A program made the position numbers and the translations under genes. Below, piece after piece: positions 28,465 through 39,400 of a stretch of 64,000 bases of DNA; position 1 is the first letter of the stretch; each line of letters starts with the position of its first letter. Where the stretch lies: the IMG/VR virus record IMGVR_UViG_3300034272_001701, positions 48,473 to 112,472 of that record. One strand, 5' to 3'. The notes under the pieces were generated by a model. That model saw only the letters and a list, made by a program, of their open reading frames with translations. It had not been told where the DNA came from and ran no database searches. The stretch is from a virus.

Positions 28465-31400
28465 TATTTTTTGTCCTTTAATCCTGCTAATACATAAAAC
28501 AAGCCAAATGCTGCCCACATAGCATATCCTGTAATTACAGACTTGGTAGGTTTATCCGCTTTAGAAAACTTACCAATTAGTCTACTAATAGCTAGACCTG
28601 TTTTCATTATTGCGCGACCAGCGCGGCTGTCTTCTTTTTCTACACCCATTTTGTAGGCCATGTGCTGTGCCCATGGTGTAGCAATTCTACGTGCCCAACT
28701 GATTGCTAATTCACGTTGCGCTTGTCCGCGTTTTTCTTTATCGCGAATCCAGAACATACATTGTGGGCCGTCTTTTTCCATCCAATCAACTACTACACTG
28801 GCCCAACGAATGTATCCGTAGTATGCTTCTGGATCGTTTTCTCTGAGATATTCGCCAAATAATTCATCTGCTGCATATATATGATCTGGCAAATAACCAA
28901 GCTCGTGCAGTTTGGTACAAATAATTTTACACCCACCGCCACCACCACCGCCCGGTCCTGCTGGTAAACCTGCTCGGTCATCGGTGCCGTAGTTTCCAAA
29001 TTGTTGATTAAAAATCAATGTTGTCAAATCCCCGGCCGAGCTTGATGGTTGCCAAACTCCATTGACTTTTACAAATATTCCTGCAATATCTCTCCAAGTT
29101 CCTGATACTTTTACTGCTGCGGTAGTAATGTTGCGCCATTGCCCATCAACTTTAACATTACAAAGTCCTCTTGGATATATCTCTAATGCTACAGCACCAT
29201 TGGAGCCTTCTTGCCCTGCTGTTCCCCCTCGTGCATATGGTGGAACATAATATCTCACATTCTGCCCTGGAGGGTTAGTGCCTATATTGTCTCTAGTATC
29301 CCAATAGAGTTTGTCAGTACTATCTGATAGACTAACAGCAAAACCTTTAGAAGAATCTGTACTGTTTATATCAAATCTAATTTGATGTACGCCTCTGCTT
29401 AAAGTAATGTCTGCAGAAGCAGTAGTGGCATTGCTACCACCAGTATTAGTTGTAGTTAAAATTTGCACATCGTCGATGTAAACTACTAGTGTCCCGGTAG
29501 CCACTGCTCTGATCTTGTATGTACCTGAGTATGCTGCGTCCAATCCTCTTAGCACTGTAGCTTGAGTTGCATTATCTTTACGCCAAACACCATATGTGTT
29601 TAAAAATTGATTCCAGCTGGTATTCGAAACTGAGATCAACTCACCGTCTTCGCCAAGACGTTGATCATCTTCCCAACGAATCAAGATTGCACCGCTAGCA
29701 CCTCTACCGCCAAATCCTTTAGATATAACTTGAGGTTGAGTTTGGTCGTTGGGATTGACCGCAAAAATAGAAACTTTATCACTTCCGGCACCGGCACTAC
29801 CACATCCAAAATCAGATCCTTGATTTGTTTCTGTTAATGCATCTGCACCAGATCTTTGTCCTGGTGCAGGACCTGCTCCGCTGGCTCCAACTGCTGTAGT
29901 GGTCGATAAACCGTTTCCTCCGTTGCTAACTGATCCACTTCCGGGATTACTGGAATTTGTTATAACAGTTCCGCCAATGCCACCGCTTGTTAAGGAGCCG
30001 CCTTTGCCTCCGCCTAATTTAAGAAGATATGTATTAGTTACTGTGTCTCTAATAGAGGTGATGCTACCATCTTGTCCTGCGTTAAGTACTAGATTTGCAT
30101 TGGTTATTGTACCTTGACCCGAATACAATCCTGCTAAAGTATTACCACCTATTCCACCTTCACCTACACTGATTTCGTATAGTCTACCAGGAACAACAGT
30201 AAAATTTAAATTTTTGGCTCTTGCGCCTTCGCCGCCACCACCTGCGCCTTGAGTAACATTACCTGATCCACCGCCTCCACCTCCGGCTACTGCAGATAGG
30301 AGTTGTATTGATGTAACGCTTGAAGGTACTACAAAACTTATATTCCCGGCGGTATGTTTAAAAATTTGATTGAATGGGTAATTTCCGCCGGTTTGGCCTC
30401 CGTAAGAGCTAGAATCGCCGCCACGTACTGTTCCGCCGCTGCCACCAGCCCAGCCACCGCCTCCACCTCCGGCACCACCACCATCTCCATTTTTTCCTTG
30501 TCCTCGTTGACCATTCATTGGCTCTAACGTGCCAGACACTTCAACAGCTTTAGCTCCAGAATATAGTTGAGCTGAGTCAGGGTAAGCAGTTAATGCATTT
30601 CGTATTGCAATCACTCCGGCGCTATTTCCATCGTTGCCAGCACCGCCACCGCCACCGCCGCCACCAGCTACAGCTACTGGTACACCGTTGACTAATACCA
30701 AACTTGCGCCACCGCCACCGCCACCGCCACCTGAGTACGGTCTTGGCCCAGCTGCTGATCCATTGGCTCCACTGAAACTACCAAATCCTGATAAGTTAAT
30801 TCTACTTGCACCGCCTAATCCACCGGGGGCGCCACCTGAATTGCTTCCGCCGGCACGGCCGCCATCGCCGACTACTACTTCAATGACATCACCAATTTCT
30901 ACAGGAAAATTAACTTTATGAAATTGCCCTGGTGCACCATCTCCGCCACGACTGCCGGCGTCCATGCCGCCACCACCGCCACCTCCTCCCCAAAGATAGG
31001 CCACAACGTCAGCGTCAATGGGCGATGTTAATGTATAACGACCACAGGTTTGTGTATACTCAGACACTACCGCGGTTGACCTAGTGTCCCATACAATGCT
31101 ACCGTTTGTATCAGCAATGGTCATTCCGAATCCAGCTACATCACCGCTATTGGAAACTTCTATTCTTATTTGATTAATGCCTTGGGCCAGTGTAATCGGG
31201 TATGCTGCGGGCACAGTTGCCCAATCAGTGGTTCTATATCCTCCCCATCCCCAATAGCCTCCGTAGCCGTACCAACCCCCGTACCCATACCAGCCACCCC
31301 ACCACCACCAATGATGTCTTTCAACTGTTTGAGTTGTTCCGTTGACTTTTAAATCATTGAAGTATACTGAGCCGCTATTGTCAACGCTAGATCGAATATA

Positions 31401-31607
31401 ATAAGTACCGGTATAAGGTGCGTTAAAAATTCTGTTAATTACGTAGCTTGCGTTTGCGTTTCCGGTATTTGGCCAAACGGCATATTGTCTTAAAAAACTA
31501 TTCCATCTGCGATCATCCCTCGCATATAACACTGCCGGACTTTGGACAGGATTTCCGCTGGGGCCAGAAATTCCAAATATGTTTACTATGGGTTGTCTAT
31601 CTGCCAT
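28464..31607 (-). CDS. Gly-rich adhesin / receptor-binding protein
   Basis: Two PA14-like repeats (WN.FL..Y.VW...GTY.IR...ITL..G..QIR...WDTR), poly-Gly blocks, three VKVxGxW repeats, and a C-terminal G7-CKIICT domain ending in a hydrophobic segment. Confidence 0.7.
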   Translation of the reverse strand: MADRQPIVNIFGISGPSGNPVQSPAVLYARDDRRWNSFLRQYAVWPNTGNANASYVINRIFNAPYTGTYYIRSSVDNSGSVYFNDLKVNGTTQTVERHHWWWWGGWYGYGGWYGYGGYWGWGGYRTTDWATVPAAYPITLAQGINQIRIEVSNSGDVAGFGMTIADTNGSIVWDTRSTAVVSEYTQTCGRYTLTSPIDADVVAYLWGGGGGGGGMDAGSRGGDGAPGQFHKVNFPVEIGDVIEVVVGDGGRAGGSNSGGAPGGLGGASRINLSGFGSFSGANGSAAGPRPYSGGGGGGGGASLVLVNGVPVAVAGGGGGGGGAGNDGNSAGVIAIRNALTAYPDSAQLYSGAKAVEVSGTLEPMNGQRGQGKNGDGGGAGGGGGGWAGGSGGTVRGGDSSSYGGQTGGNYPFNQIFKHTAGNISFVVPSSVTSIQLLSAVAGGGGGGSGNVTQGAGGGGEGARAKNLNFTVVPGRLYEISVGEGGIGGNTLAGLYSGQGTITNANLVLNAGQDGSITSIRDTVTNTYLLKLGGGKGGSLTSGGIGGTVITNSSNPGSGSVSNGGNGLSTTTAVGASGAGPAPGQRSGADALTETNQGSDFGCGSAGAGSDKVSIFAVNPNDQTQPQVISKGFGGRGASGAILIRWEDDQRLGEDGELISVSNTSWNQFLNTYGVWRKDNATQATVLRGLDAAYSGTYKIRAVATGTLVVYIDDVQILTTTNTGGSNATTASADITLSRGVHQIRFDINSTDSSKGFAVSLSDSTDKLYWDTRDNIGTNPPGQNVRYYVPPYARGGTAGQEGSNGAVALEIYPRGLCNVKVDGQWRNITTAAVKVSGTWRDIAGIFVKVNGVWQPSSSAGDLTTLIFNQQFGNYGTDDRAGLPAGPGGGGGGGCKIICTKLHELGYLPDHIYAADELFGEYLRENDPEAYYGYIRWASVVVDWMEKDGPQCMFWIRDKEKRGQAQRELAISWARRIATPWAQHMAYKMGVEKEDSRAGRAIMKTGLAISRLIGKFSKADKPTKSVITGYAMWAAFGLFYVLAGLKDKK

Positions 31608-31609
31608 AA

Positions 31610-32737
31610 TTAGCTATACTTAAACCAAAAATCTCCGTTGGAGCCAAGTGCCGCATTTGGATCATCAGTGCTTATAAATTTTCTGCTGCCATCCCAAAAT
31701 ACTGCTCTGGTCATTACATATTGAGTTGTAGCCACTTGGGAGGTATTAGCACCAAATGTGGCAGTTGGTGCCACAGGCGTACCTGTAAAGGTTGGGCTAT
31801 TAATATCTGATTTGGTGTTAATATTAGCAACCAATGCTGTTGTTTGCGCTAAATTCACTGCGTCAATTTTGGTGTTAAGATTTGTAACACTAAGATTTGT
31901 TGAAGCTATACTTGCATTGATAGCTGTTACATTACCTTGTAAAGCTACATTTACATCCTTGATATTTTTTGTTAGTCCATAGGTTCCTTCTGTGTCACCT
32001 ATTAAACCTAATATTGTCTCAACATTTCCGCTAATAGCTACATAGGTATCTAAATTAATTTGATCGACTCTGTTGTTTGTTGCACGTATTGCTATTTGTG
32101 CATTAGCCGCTGTTAGATTTGCACGCAACTGATTTTCTTCACTGATACGACTCGTCAGATTAGCATTTATAATAGCAACATTGGTAGACAATGCGCTGGT
32201 TGTATAAAATCTTGCGTTTTGAATTTCGCTGTCAAGATAAATTTTTGTAGGAATACCAAAATTACTTGTAGCGTTGGCTAAAACTGTTATTAATCCGCTA
32301 CTGCCGTTTATGTTTAAAACATTTGTACTTGTTCCATTGACATTTGCAAATAAACTGATGTTTCCATTATTAACTTGATTATTAATTGAAACATTGCCAG
32401 TAAGATCTTTTATTTGAAAATCATTGGGTCCTATAGTTAAATTGCCTGTTAGATCAACATTACCAACTATTTCTGTACCTACAGTAATCCAGGTGCTTCC
32501 ATTGTATGCTTTAATATTATTAACATTGGTATCGTACCAAAGCTGTCCTTTGATTGGATTTGCAGGACTGCTATCTAAAGCAAAATTTTCTAATAGATGT
32601 ACAAAATTTTCATTTGTTTGATCGCCGTAGTTTTGTACTAATCGCCCAAATAATGTTAAACTGGTGCTAGTGGTATCTTTGGTACCATCTAACACCACTA
32701 TTGCTGTTCCGTCGGTCTTGTTTACAAAATATGACAT
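31610..32737 (-). CDS. Tail fibre protein
   Basis: Same N-terminal anchor as 26376..28025, a coiled-coil-like middle, the fibre motif SPTFTGTPVAPT...ATTQYV, and C-terminal GSNGDFWF. Confidence 0.7.
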   Translation of the reverse strand: MSYFVNKTDGTAIVVLDGTKDTTSTSLTLFGRLVQNYGDQTNENFVHLLENFALDSSPANPIKGQLWYDTNVNNIKAYNGSTWITVGTEIVGNVDLTGNLTIGPNDFQIKDLTGNVSINNQVNNGNISLFANVNGTSTNVLNINGSSGLITVLANATSNFGIPTKIYLDSEIQNARFYTTSALSTNVAIINANLTSRISEENQLRANLTAANAQIAIRATNNRVDQINLDTYVAISGNVETILGLIGDTEGTYGLTKNIKDVNVALQGNVTAINASIASTNLSVTNLNTKIDAVNLAQTTALVANINTKSDINSPTFTGTPVAPTATFGANTSQVATTQYVMTRAVFWDGSRKFISTDDPNAALGSNGDFWFKYS

Positions 32738-32742
32738 AGTTA

Positions 32743-33420
32743 TTATCCTACACTAGTTAGATTGGTTAATGTTTGTATTCTAACTGTATAATCAATTTGA
32801 ATTAATCTATTCAACGATTTCTGTACAGGATGAAATACAACGTGTGTTAACAGTTTCCCTGTTGTGGTCAATCCCGATGTGCCGTCGGTACTACGAGCTT
32901 TTAGACCAAGTTCGTCAAATGTATAAGTATCGTCTAATGTAGTTGAGTTATCAAAGGCACTTTGACCAAGTGGTTCGCCATAATCCAATAGACAACTAAT
33001 AACAAGGTCTGAATAGATACGTCCAGGTGTGTGTCTTACTTCAATTTTGTTTCTTGTGGGATCGGTGTTTAGAGCACTGGTGTTATCAACAATTTTTGCA
33101 AAAGTGGGATTATATAAATTACTGTTGCTGGTGTTAATGTTTGACGGCAAGTAGTTAATAACTCCTGTTGGGTCAATACTTGTACCGCCATTGCCAAAAT
33201 GCATTTCGTAAATATAACTTTGCCCTTTGTTTGCTAGAGTGTACGCAATAGCTTCGCTTATATTTTCGTAATGGATAGCATTGCGCTTGTTTACGTAAAT
33301 TTCGCCTGATTCAGGATCAAAGATTTTAATGTGCCCTTGCACATGCACTCCGCCATTTTCATCTGGTTTTTGATTTGTATCTGTCAACATTTGTTCTAAA
33401 TCATCCATATTTTTATCCAT
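32743..33420 (-). CDS. Baseplate/fibre-attachment structural protein
   Basis: GHIKIFD..NAIH, FGNGG, FDELGL and HPVQKSLNR..IDYTVRI. Start probably ATG 33420, 5 nt after a TAAATA box; the ORF track gives 33447. Confidence 0.6.
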   Translation of the reverse strand: MDKNMDDLEQMLTDTNQKPDENGGVHVQGHIKIFDPESGEIYVNKRNAIHYENISEAIAYTLANKGQSYIYEMHFGNGGTSIDPTGVINYLPSNINTSNSNLYNPTFAKIVDNTSALNTDPTRNKIEVRHTPGRIYSDLVISCLLDYGEPLGQSAFDNSTTLDDTYTFDELGLKARSTDGTSGLTTTGKLLTHVVFHPVQKSLNRLIQIDYTVRIQTLTNLTSVG

Positions 33421-33425
33421 ATCTG

Positions 33426-33431
33426 TATTTA
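33426..33431 (-). promoter_or_regulatory. Putative late promoter box TAAATA
   Basis: gcTAAATAcagatATG. Confidence 0.5.
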
Positions 33432-33443
33432 GCTGTGGTTTTA

Positions 33444-36400
33444 TCATGGTGTATAACTCACTTCTTGTCTAATAAATTGTGCTGCTTCGGATGTGCTTCC
33501 TTCTAATCCTACTCCTGTTCCAAGCGGTATCCATAAATTACTTTGCAGTATTGTATCGCTTGTTAGAACAACATTTCCGCTACTGTTTACTTCACCGAGT
33601 ATTCTCATTGCTCTTACATTTGCTGCTGTTGTTTGCCATGTGCTAGATCCAGGGTTGAATATTGCAACAGTGTCGGATCCAATTGTAAGATTTCCGGACA
33701 CAAATTGAACTGCAACTGTGTTTGATGAGCTAACTGTTTCTAATAGTTTTACATTTGCAGTATTGGAATTTTGCGTAATGTAGCTTCCAACATTGGCTGT
33801 AATTGGAGCTCCTAATTGAATTCTCCAAGTTACGTTTGCTGCAACATTAAATGAACCAGTTAATGTTGTAAATTTTGGAGCAGTGTTAGGTAAAACTTGA
33901 ACAAGACTGCTGTCAACTACTTTTGTGCCTGTTGGGTGTAAATTGGCTGCGCCGGTACCATCAACACCTCTACGCAGTTGCGATAGTGTGTTTACAAAAA
34001 CTTGTCTTACATTGCTGCTGCTAATATAAGCAGTTGAATTTGCGTAAACATTGGCCAATACCAAATAGGTATTACCACTGTGAGCAATCAAATGGTCTGG
34101 TGCAAATACTGTGTTTGGTGTCCATGGATCGGCTGTTAAAATTTTAGCAGCATCATATTTTTGATAATAATGAATTAATTCGCCGTTAATAAAAACTTCG
34201 CCGGGAATACCTACTGCTGCACCAGGATCGGGTAATAGAGATGCATCAGTTACATATACATCAGTATCTGTAATATTTAAATTGGCAGACAAGGTTGTTG
34301 TTGCATTGCCACTGATTCTGTAAAATTCAATATTGCCCCTCATTGGTTGGAACTCTCTGAATCCGTAGGTAGCAGTGTTTGACGCATTATTTGTAAACAC
34401 TCTTAATTCTAATGCGTCAAACACACGCCCCGGAATCAATTCTTCTGGAGCATGACTACTGTATCCATCAACATATGCACCACCAACTATATTGATATCT
34501 TCGGGTCTAGTTCCCAATGCTGTATCTTTATAGAAACTGGCAATGTTTGAATCTAGTAAAGTATCAATAGTTAAATTTGTAATTTTAACATTTGCAGTGC
34601 CGCCTGCTATAATTTCAGATATTCTAGCCGATTGCGGAACACCGTTAATTGATATTGTATTGGCTGAAACTGTAAAGCCAGTGATACTGTGAATAATTTG
34701 TATAACGTTGGCACTAGGATAATCGTGCAGCACAAAAGCATTGGCCCTGGTATTTGCTTGGGTAATATAATCCCCAGCTTGCAAGCTTACATTACTATTT
34801 AAAGTTATAGTATATAATGTTTCAATTGGAGGACCAGCCAACATCATTTCACTGTGATCAATGCTTATAATTCTAAAGTCTGCATTGTTCTTAAATGGAA
34901 AATCATATTGTCCTTGAATTCTCAAAGTATCATTAAGATCAAAACCTCCTTTAGCAAAATCAACTTGTTGAATATTTGCACTGGTAATTCTCATTCCTGT
35001 GTAATTGAATCCAATTACATTACTTGTAATAGCATAACTGTTAGCAAGGAAATTTTTACCTTCAACTTTGTTTCCTGGGTATTCTGTACCAAACATTAAT
35101 TGGCCAAAATCTTTTCCAGGTCTTCCTACTTCAGCAAAATAGTATGATGTGATTCTATCAGCAGCCGAAAGCAATACATTACCATCGTTAATTTTAGTAT
35201 AACGTGAAAAATCAAAAACAGATTGACTGCTAACATTTGCATTAGTAGCAATGTACGCTACATTATTATAATAAATTATATTACCACTAGTAATATACAC
35301 ATTGCTTTCAATTGGCACTATACCAACAGAATTAAAAATATAATTCTGAACAGAGTTTGTACTAGAATCGCTGACATACATACCAGTGCCGTCATATTTA
35401 AAATATAAACCTGTTGCTGTACTGGTATTCAAACGATAGCTGTTAGAAAAAGTTGCAGTAGAAATATCCCAATTGGTTGATAACGTATACTCAAACAAAG
35501 TATCGTTTTGTTGTCCCACTATATAAAATTTTGTACCATCAGGTTTGAATCTTAGTGCAGTTGGGAAATTATCCTGTGCAGTAACGGAGATGTTTTTTCC
35601 TGCATAACTAGCAGTTTCTACTTGCCAAGGAGTAGATAACGTATATTGGTATACACGGTCATTTAGTGTACCAAGTACGTACATGTTAATTCCGTCTTTA
35701 CTGAATTCTATTGCACGAGGACTAGATTCTTGTGATGAAATACTTTTTGCAGAAACATTTGATGCGGTATTGACCATCCATGGTGTAGCCAATCTATATT
35801 CATATACATTATCGTTGGTTGTTCCAACAATGTACATTTTGACACCATCGTCTCTAAAATATAAACCTTGCACATTTGTATCTTGTGCTGCAACACTAAC
35901 AGCACCAACATTGGACGCTGTAGTTGCATCCCATGCAGTACTTAATGTGTACTGGTAGATTCTATTAGAGTCATTACCTGCTATGTACATTTTGGTGCCA
36001 GTATCATCAAAGAATACTTCAGTGATATCTGCATCTTGATCGCCCAAGCTATTATTGGTTTCATTGAACTCCATTCTATCAAGATTCCATGCATTGGCTT
36101 TGTTTCCGTCAACAATTATTGTTTGTCTGTAAGCAGTATTTGGTTGCCATTGAACAATATTACTTGAATAAGTAATTCTGTCAAATTTTAATGTTGTTGT
36201 AATATCTCTTACTGTGTTATAACTACCATTGGTATTATATTCGTTATGCAGAATTGGATAAGCTGTTGCTCCCGATCCTACGCCATTTATAAAAACTGTA
36301 GGTGTTGAGGTATATCCTGACCCAGGATTGATTACATAAATTCCAGTCAACTTGCCAGTGGCAGGATTGATTGTAGTTATGGCACTGGCACCATTGCCAC

Positions 36401-39400
36401 CACCACCAATGATTTCAACATTAGGGGCAGTTGTATAATTAATACCCGCGTTTCCAATTATATAATCAGTTATCTTGTATTTGTAATTTTCAGCGTATGC
36501 AGAATAAATTGGTAAATTAAAATATTCTGCGTCCGTTGGTGAATTAATATCAGGAGATTTATAAATTGATTCTGTTGTATAATATCTACCAGGAACATCA
36601 AAATCTGTCCATGACCCTGTGGCGATATCAATTTTACTATATAACGGGACATATTCTCTAACCGCAGTGCGATAGGGTTTGGCTTCGTTGATGTATTCGT
36701 TATAGAAGCTTTGATTGTCTCTGATATAGTTAGGAATTTGTTCCAGTGTTCTTAAATTATGGTACACATCAATGAAACTGGTTTTAAATATCCAATCTGG
36801 ATTCTTTTGTTCTGAGAATATGTAATTGACTATCGAGAAAAATGTCTTATTAAATTCTCCGGCTAAACTGTTAATTAATAGTTCTTGGTAAACGCTATCA
36901 AATATTTTACCAATTTCAATACCAGCTGTTGGATCAAAATCAATTATATCAAAAACAGTTGTATCAAATCCGGCTCCCCAGAGAGTTTTATATAGCCTAT
37001 CACTTAAGGTCAAAGTAGCATTTTGAGCTGCAATAAGTGTTAGACTTAAATCAGACTCAACACGATATATCTGCCAATTGCCTGCTCCATCATCTAAAAT
37101 TTGTATATATTGATCAGCGACCAAGTCAAATGTCTGAATGGCTCCATAATTAAAAACTACCTGACTGATATCTGTGCCTTCTACATATTCACTGCTATAC
37201 CAATCTTTTGGAGTCCACCACAAATCTGTTTTATAACTTTGAATTGCTTGTAAATCAAACTCTTTAGTTATACCGTTGAATCTATAATATGTCCAACGGC
37301 CGCTATATCTAGAATCAATCGGAATTAAAATTGTGTATCCGTCTGCAAACGTATCCATATCAAGATACGATAATTCAGCAAACGATGCAACTTGATCATC
37401 AAAATTCACCGGCGGCGCTTCTTCGGAATACAATTCCGAAGCATTGCTTATTAGTAATACCGGATATTGAACAAAAATTTCGTTTAGATTCTGAACGTAA
37501 CTTTGTAAAGCAGAAATTCTATTTACAAAAATTCCTTGTCTTGGTCTAATTAGCAAGCCAAGTTGATTTTCTGCGTTTAACTTAGGGTCTGGTACTAGCT
37601 TCCCTGCTTCGTCGAATCCTCGATAACTTTCTTTAAGTTTATTAATTATTCTTGCTGGTAATACCTGACTAGGATTACCTTGTTGAATCAATTGATATTC
37701 GTTGTGTATAATGTTAGAATTATTGATATCACAAGTTTCTATGTGCAACACTATATCTTTACTGGTTAAAAGATTTGACACATTATACAAAGCAGCACTA
37801 TTTGTAGCAATTGCAGCAATATAAGGAATATTTTGATCTTTTGGATTACTGATATAACTCTCCAAGGAAGATACACTCAGAGTTCTTTTGGCTTTGATTG
37901 AATCAACTGAAGTTTTTCCCCCAACCCAATAGTAGTATTTCTGTGAAATTATACCAGTTGCTGGGTCGACGATATTTACGCTTGTGTAGGCAGAATTATC
38001 GGGATATTTTGGTGTGCCGTTGCCACCATTGGCTGTATACTGACTAGGTAAGAAATTACTTTCGACCCATTCATAAATTTTAACTTGACTGCCCGGGAAT
38101 AAATTCCCCCAGTTTTTGACCCTGTACTGCAGAGGACCTTGTTCGTATTCAATGAAACTTGCCCGACTGGTATCCCACCAGGTTCTTCCTACGTGTCTAT
38201 TACTCCAATAGAAAGTGGTGTTTAATATACCGTCGCTTCTGGAAACTGTATTATATGATGCAGGATCGTATTCTTCTTTATAATCTAGTTCCTGATCAAC
38301 AATTCCTAATATTTTTCCTTTTGCAGGATCGTATGTATCAAAGAAATTAATAATTGTTTGATTTTTCTTGTTATAAATGAACGCAGAATTCAATGATTTT
38401 GGATCAACTTGACTATCTTTGTATCTTATTAATTCCCATCCTGCTTTATTGTTTTGATTATAGTAAGTGTAGATGCTGCCGCCACCAGGTACAATGCTAA
38501 AATCATTACTTACGCCCACTGCCATGGTGCCGTCGACAAGACTTACACTTGAACCAAAATTGAATCCTGTTTCTAAATCAGGTCCAACTAATTTTTGTGT
38601 AAAGGCAAACGTTGAAGGATTATCGACTGACTCAAAAGGATTTTCAAGTAAGTCATACATGTAAACAGCACCTGAATCTTTTACTCTGTCTACAAACAAA
38701 GTGCTATTACTATCAAATGTAGTTAAAGATACCAATTGGTCAAACGATATAGGAATATCAATATCGGCACCTTCACTGCCTACGCCAATGACTCCGTACG
38801 ACTGAGATAACCCCAAAGAAGTTCCAAATCTTTCGCCAATATTATTAGGATGTTTAATTGTTTGAGTTTTTTTGTAAATCTGTATTCCAAGATCACTAAA
38901 GGCAGTTCCCACGCTTCCGGGCTTAATATCAAGCTTGTCATTTGCCACAACTACATCGCTGTTTATTCTCAGTTTGTTTTGATAAATTTCGGCACTGACA
39001 CCTGGGATATTTGCATTATTAATTGAATTTACTACACTTGTCAATGTAGTGCCTGAAAACTGAATGTTTCTATCATTGATAACTAAAGTGTGACCGGCTG
39101 TGACTGTTGGGTTGCTGACACTGCCTGTTATCTGTCCGTAGACTCGACCTACGTTTACATATCGTGTGATCAATCCTGTTGCATAGTTAACTTCGGCATA
39201 ATAAGGACTGCTAATATATAAATTACATCCTGTGCCACATAGGGCCAAAATACTTCCAAATTTTTGCCCAGTGATACCAATATCAGAAGCATTTAATGTT
39301 TGATTTAAGATAAATTGATTGGTTTCAACTCGTACTCTTTGTCCTGCAGTGGGCGTAGAGAATCCCGGAAACTGTACAACATTTAAAGTGCCGCCAGGTC

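Noticed and set aside
30200-31000. CCG/CCA-rich repeats and the Pro-rich plus-strand ORF 30634..30921
   Set aside because: These are the reverse complement of poly-Gly codons in the adhesin, not a repeat element or separate gene.
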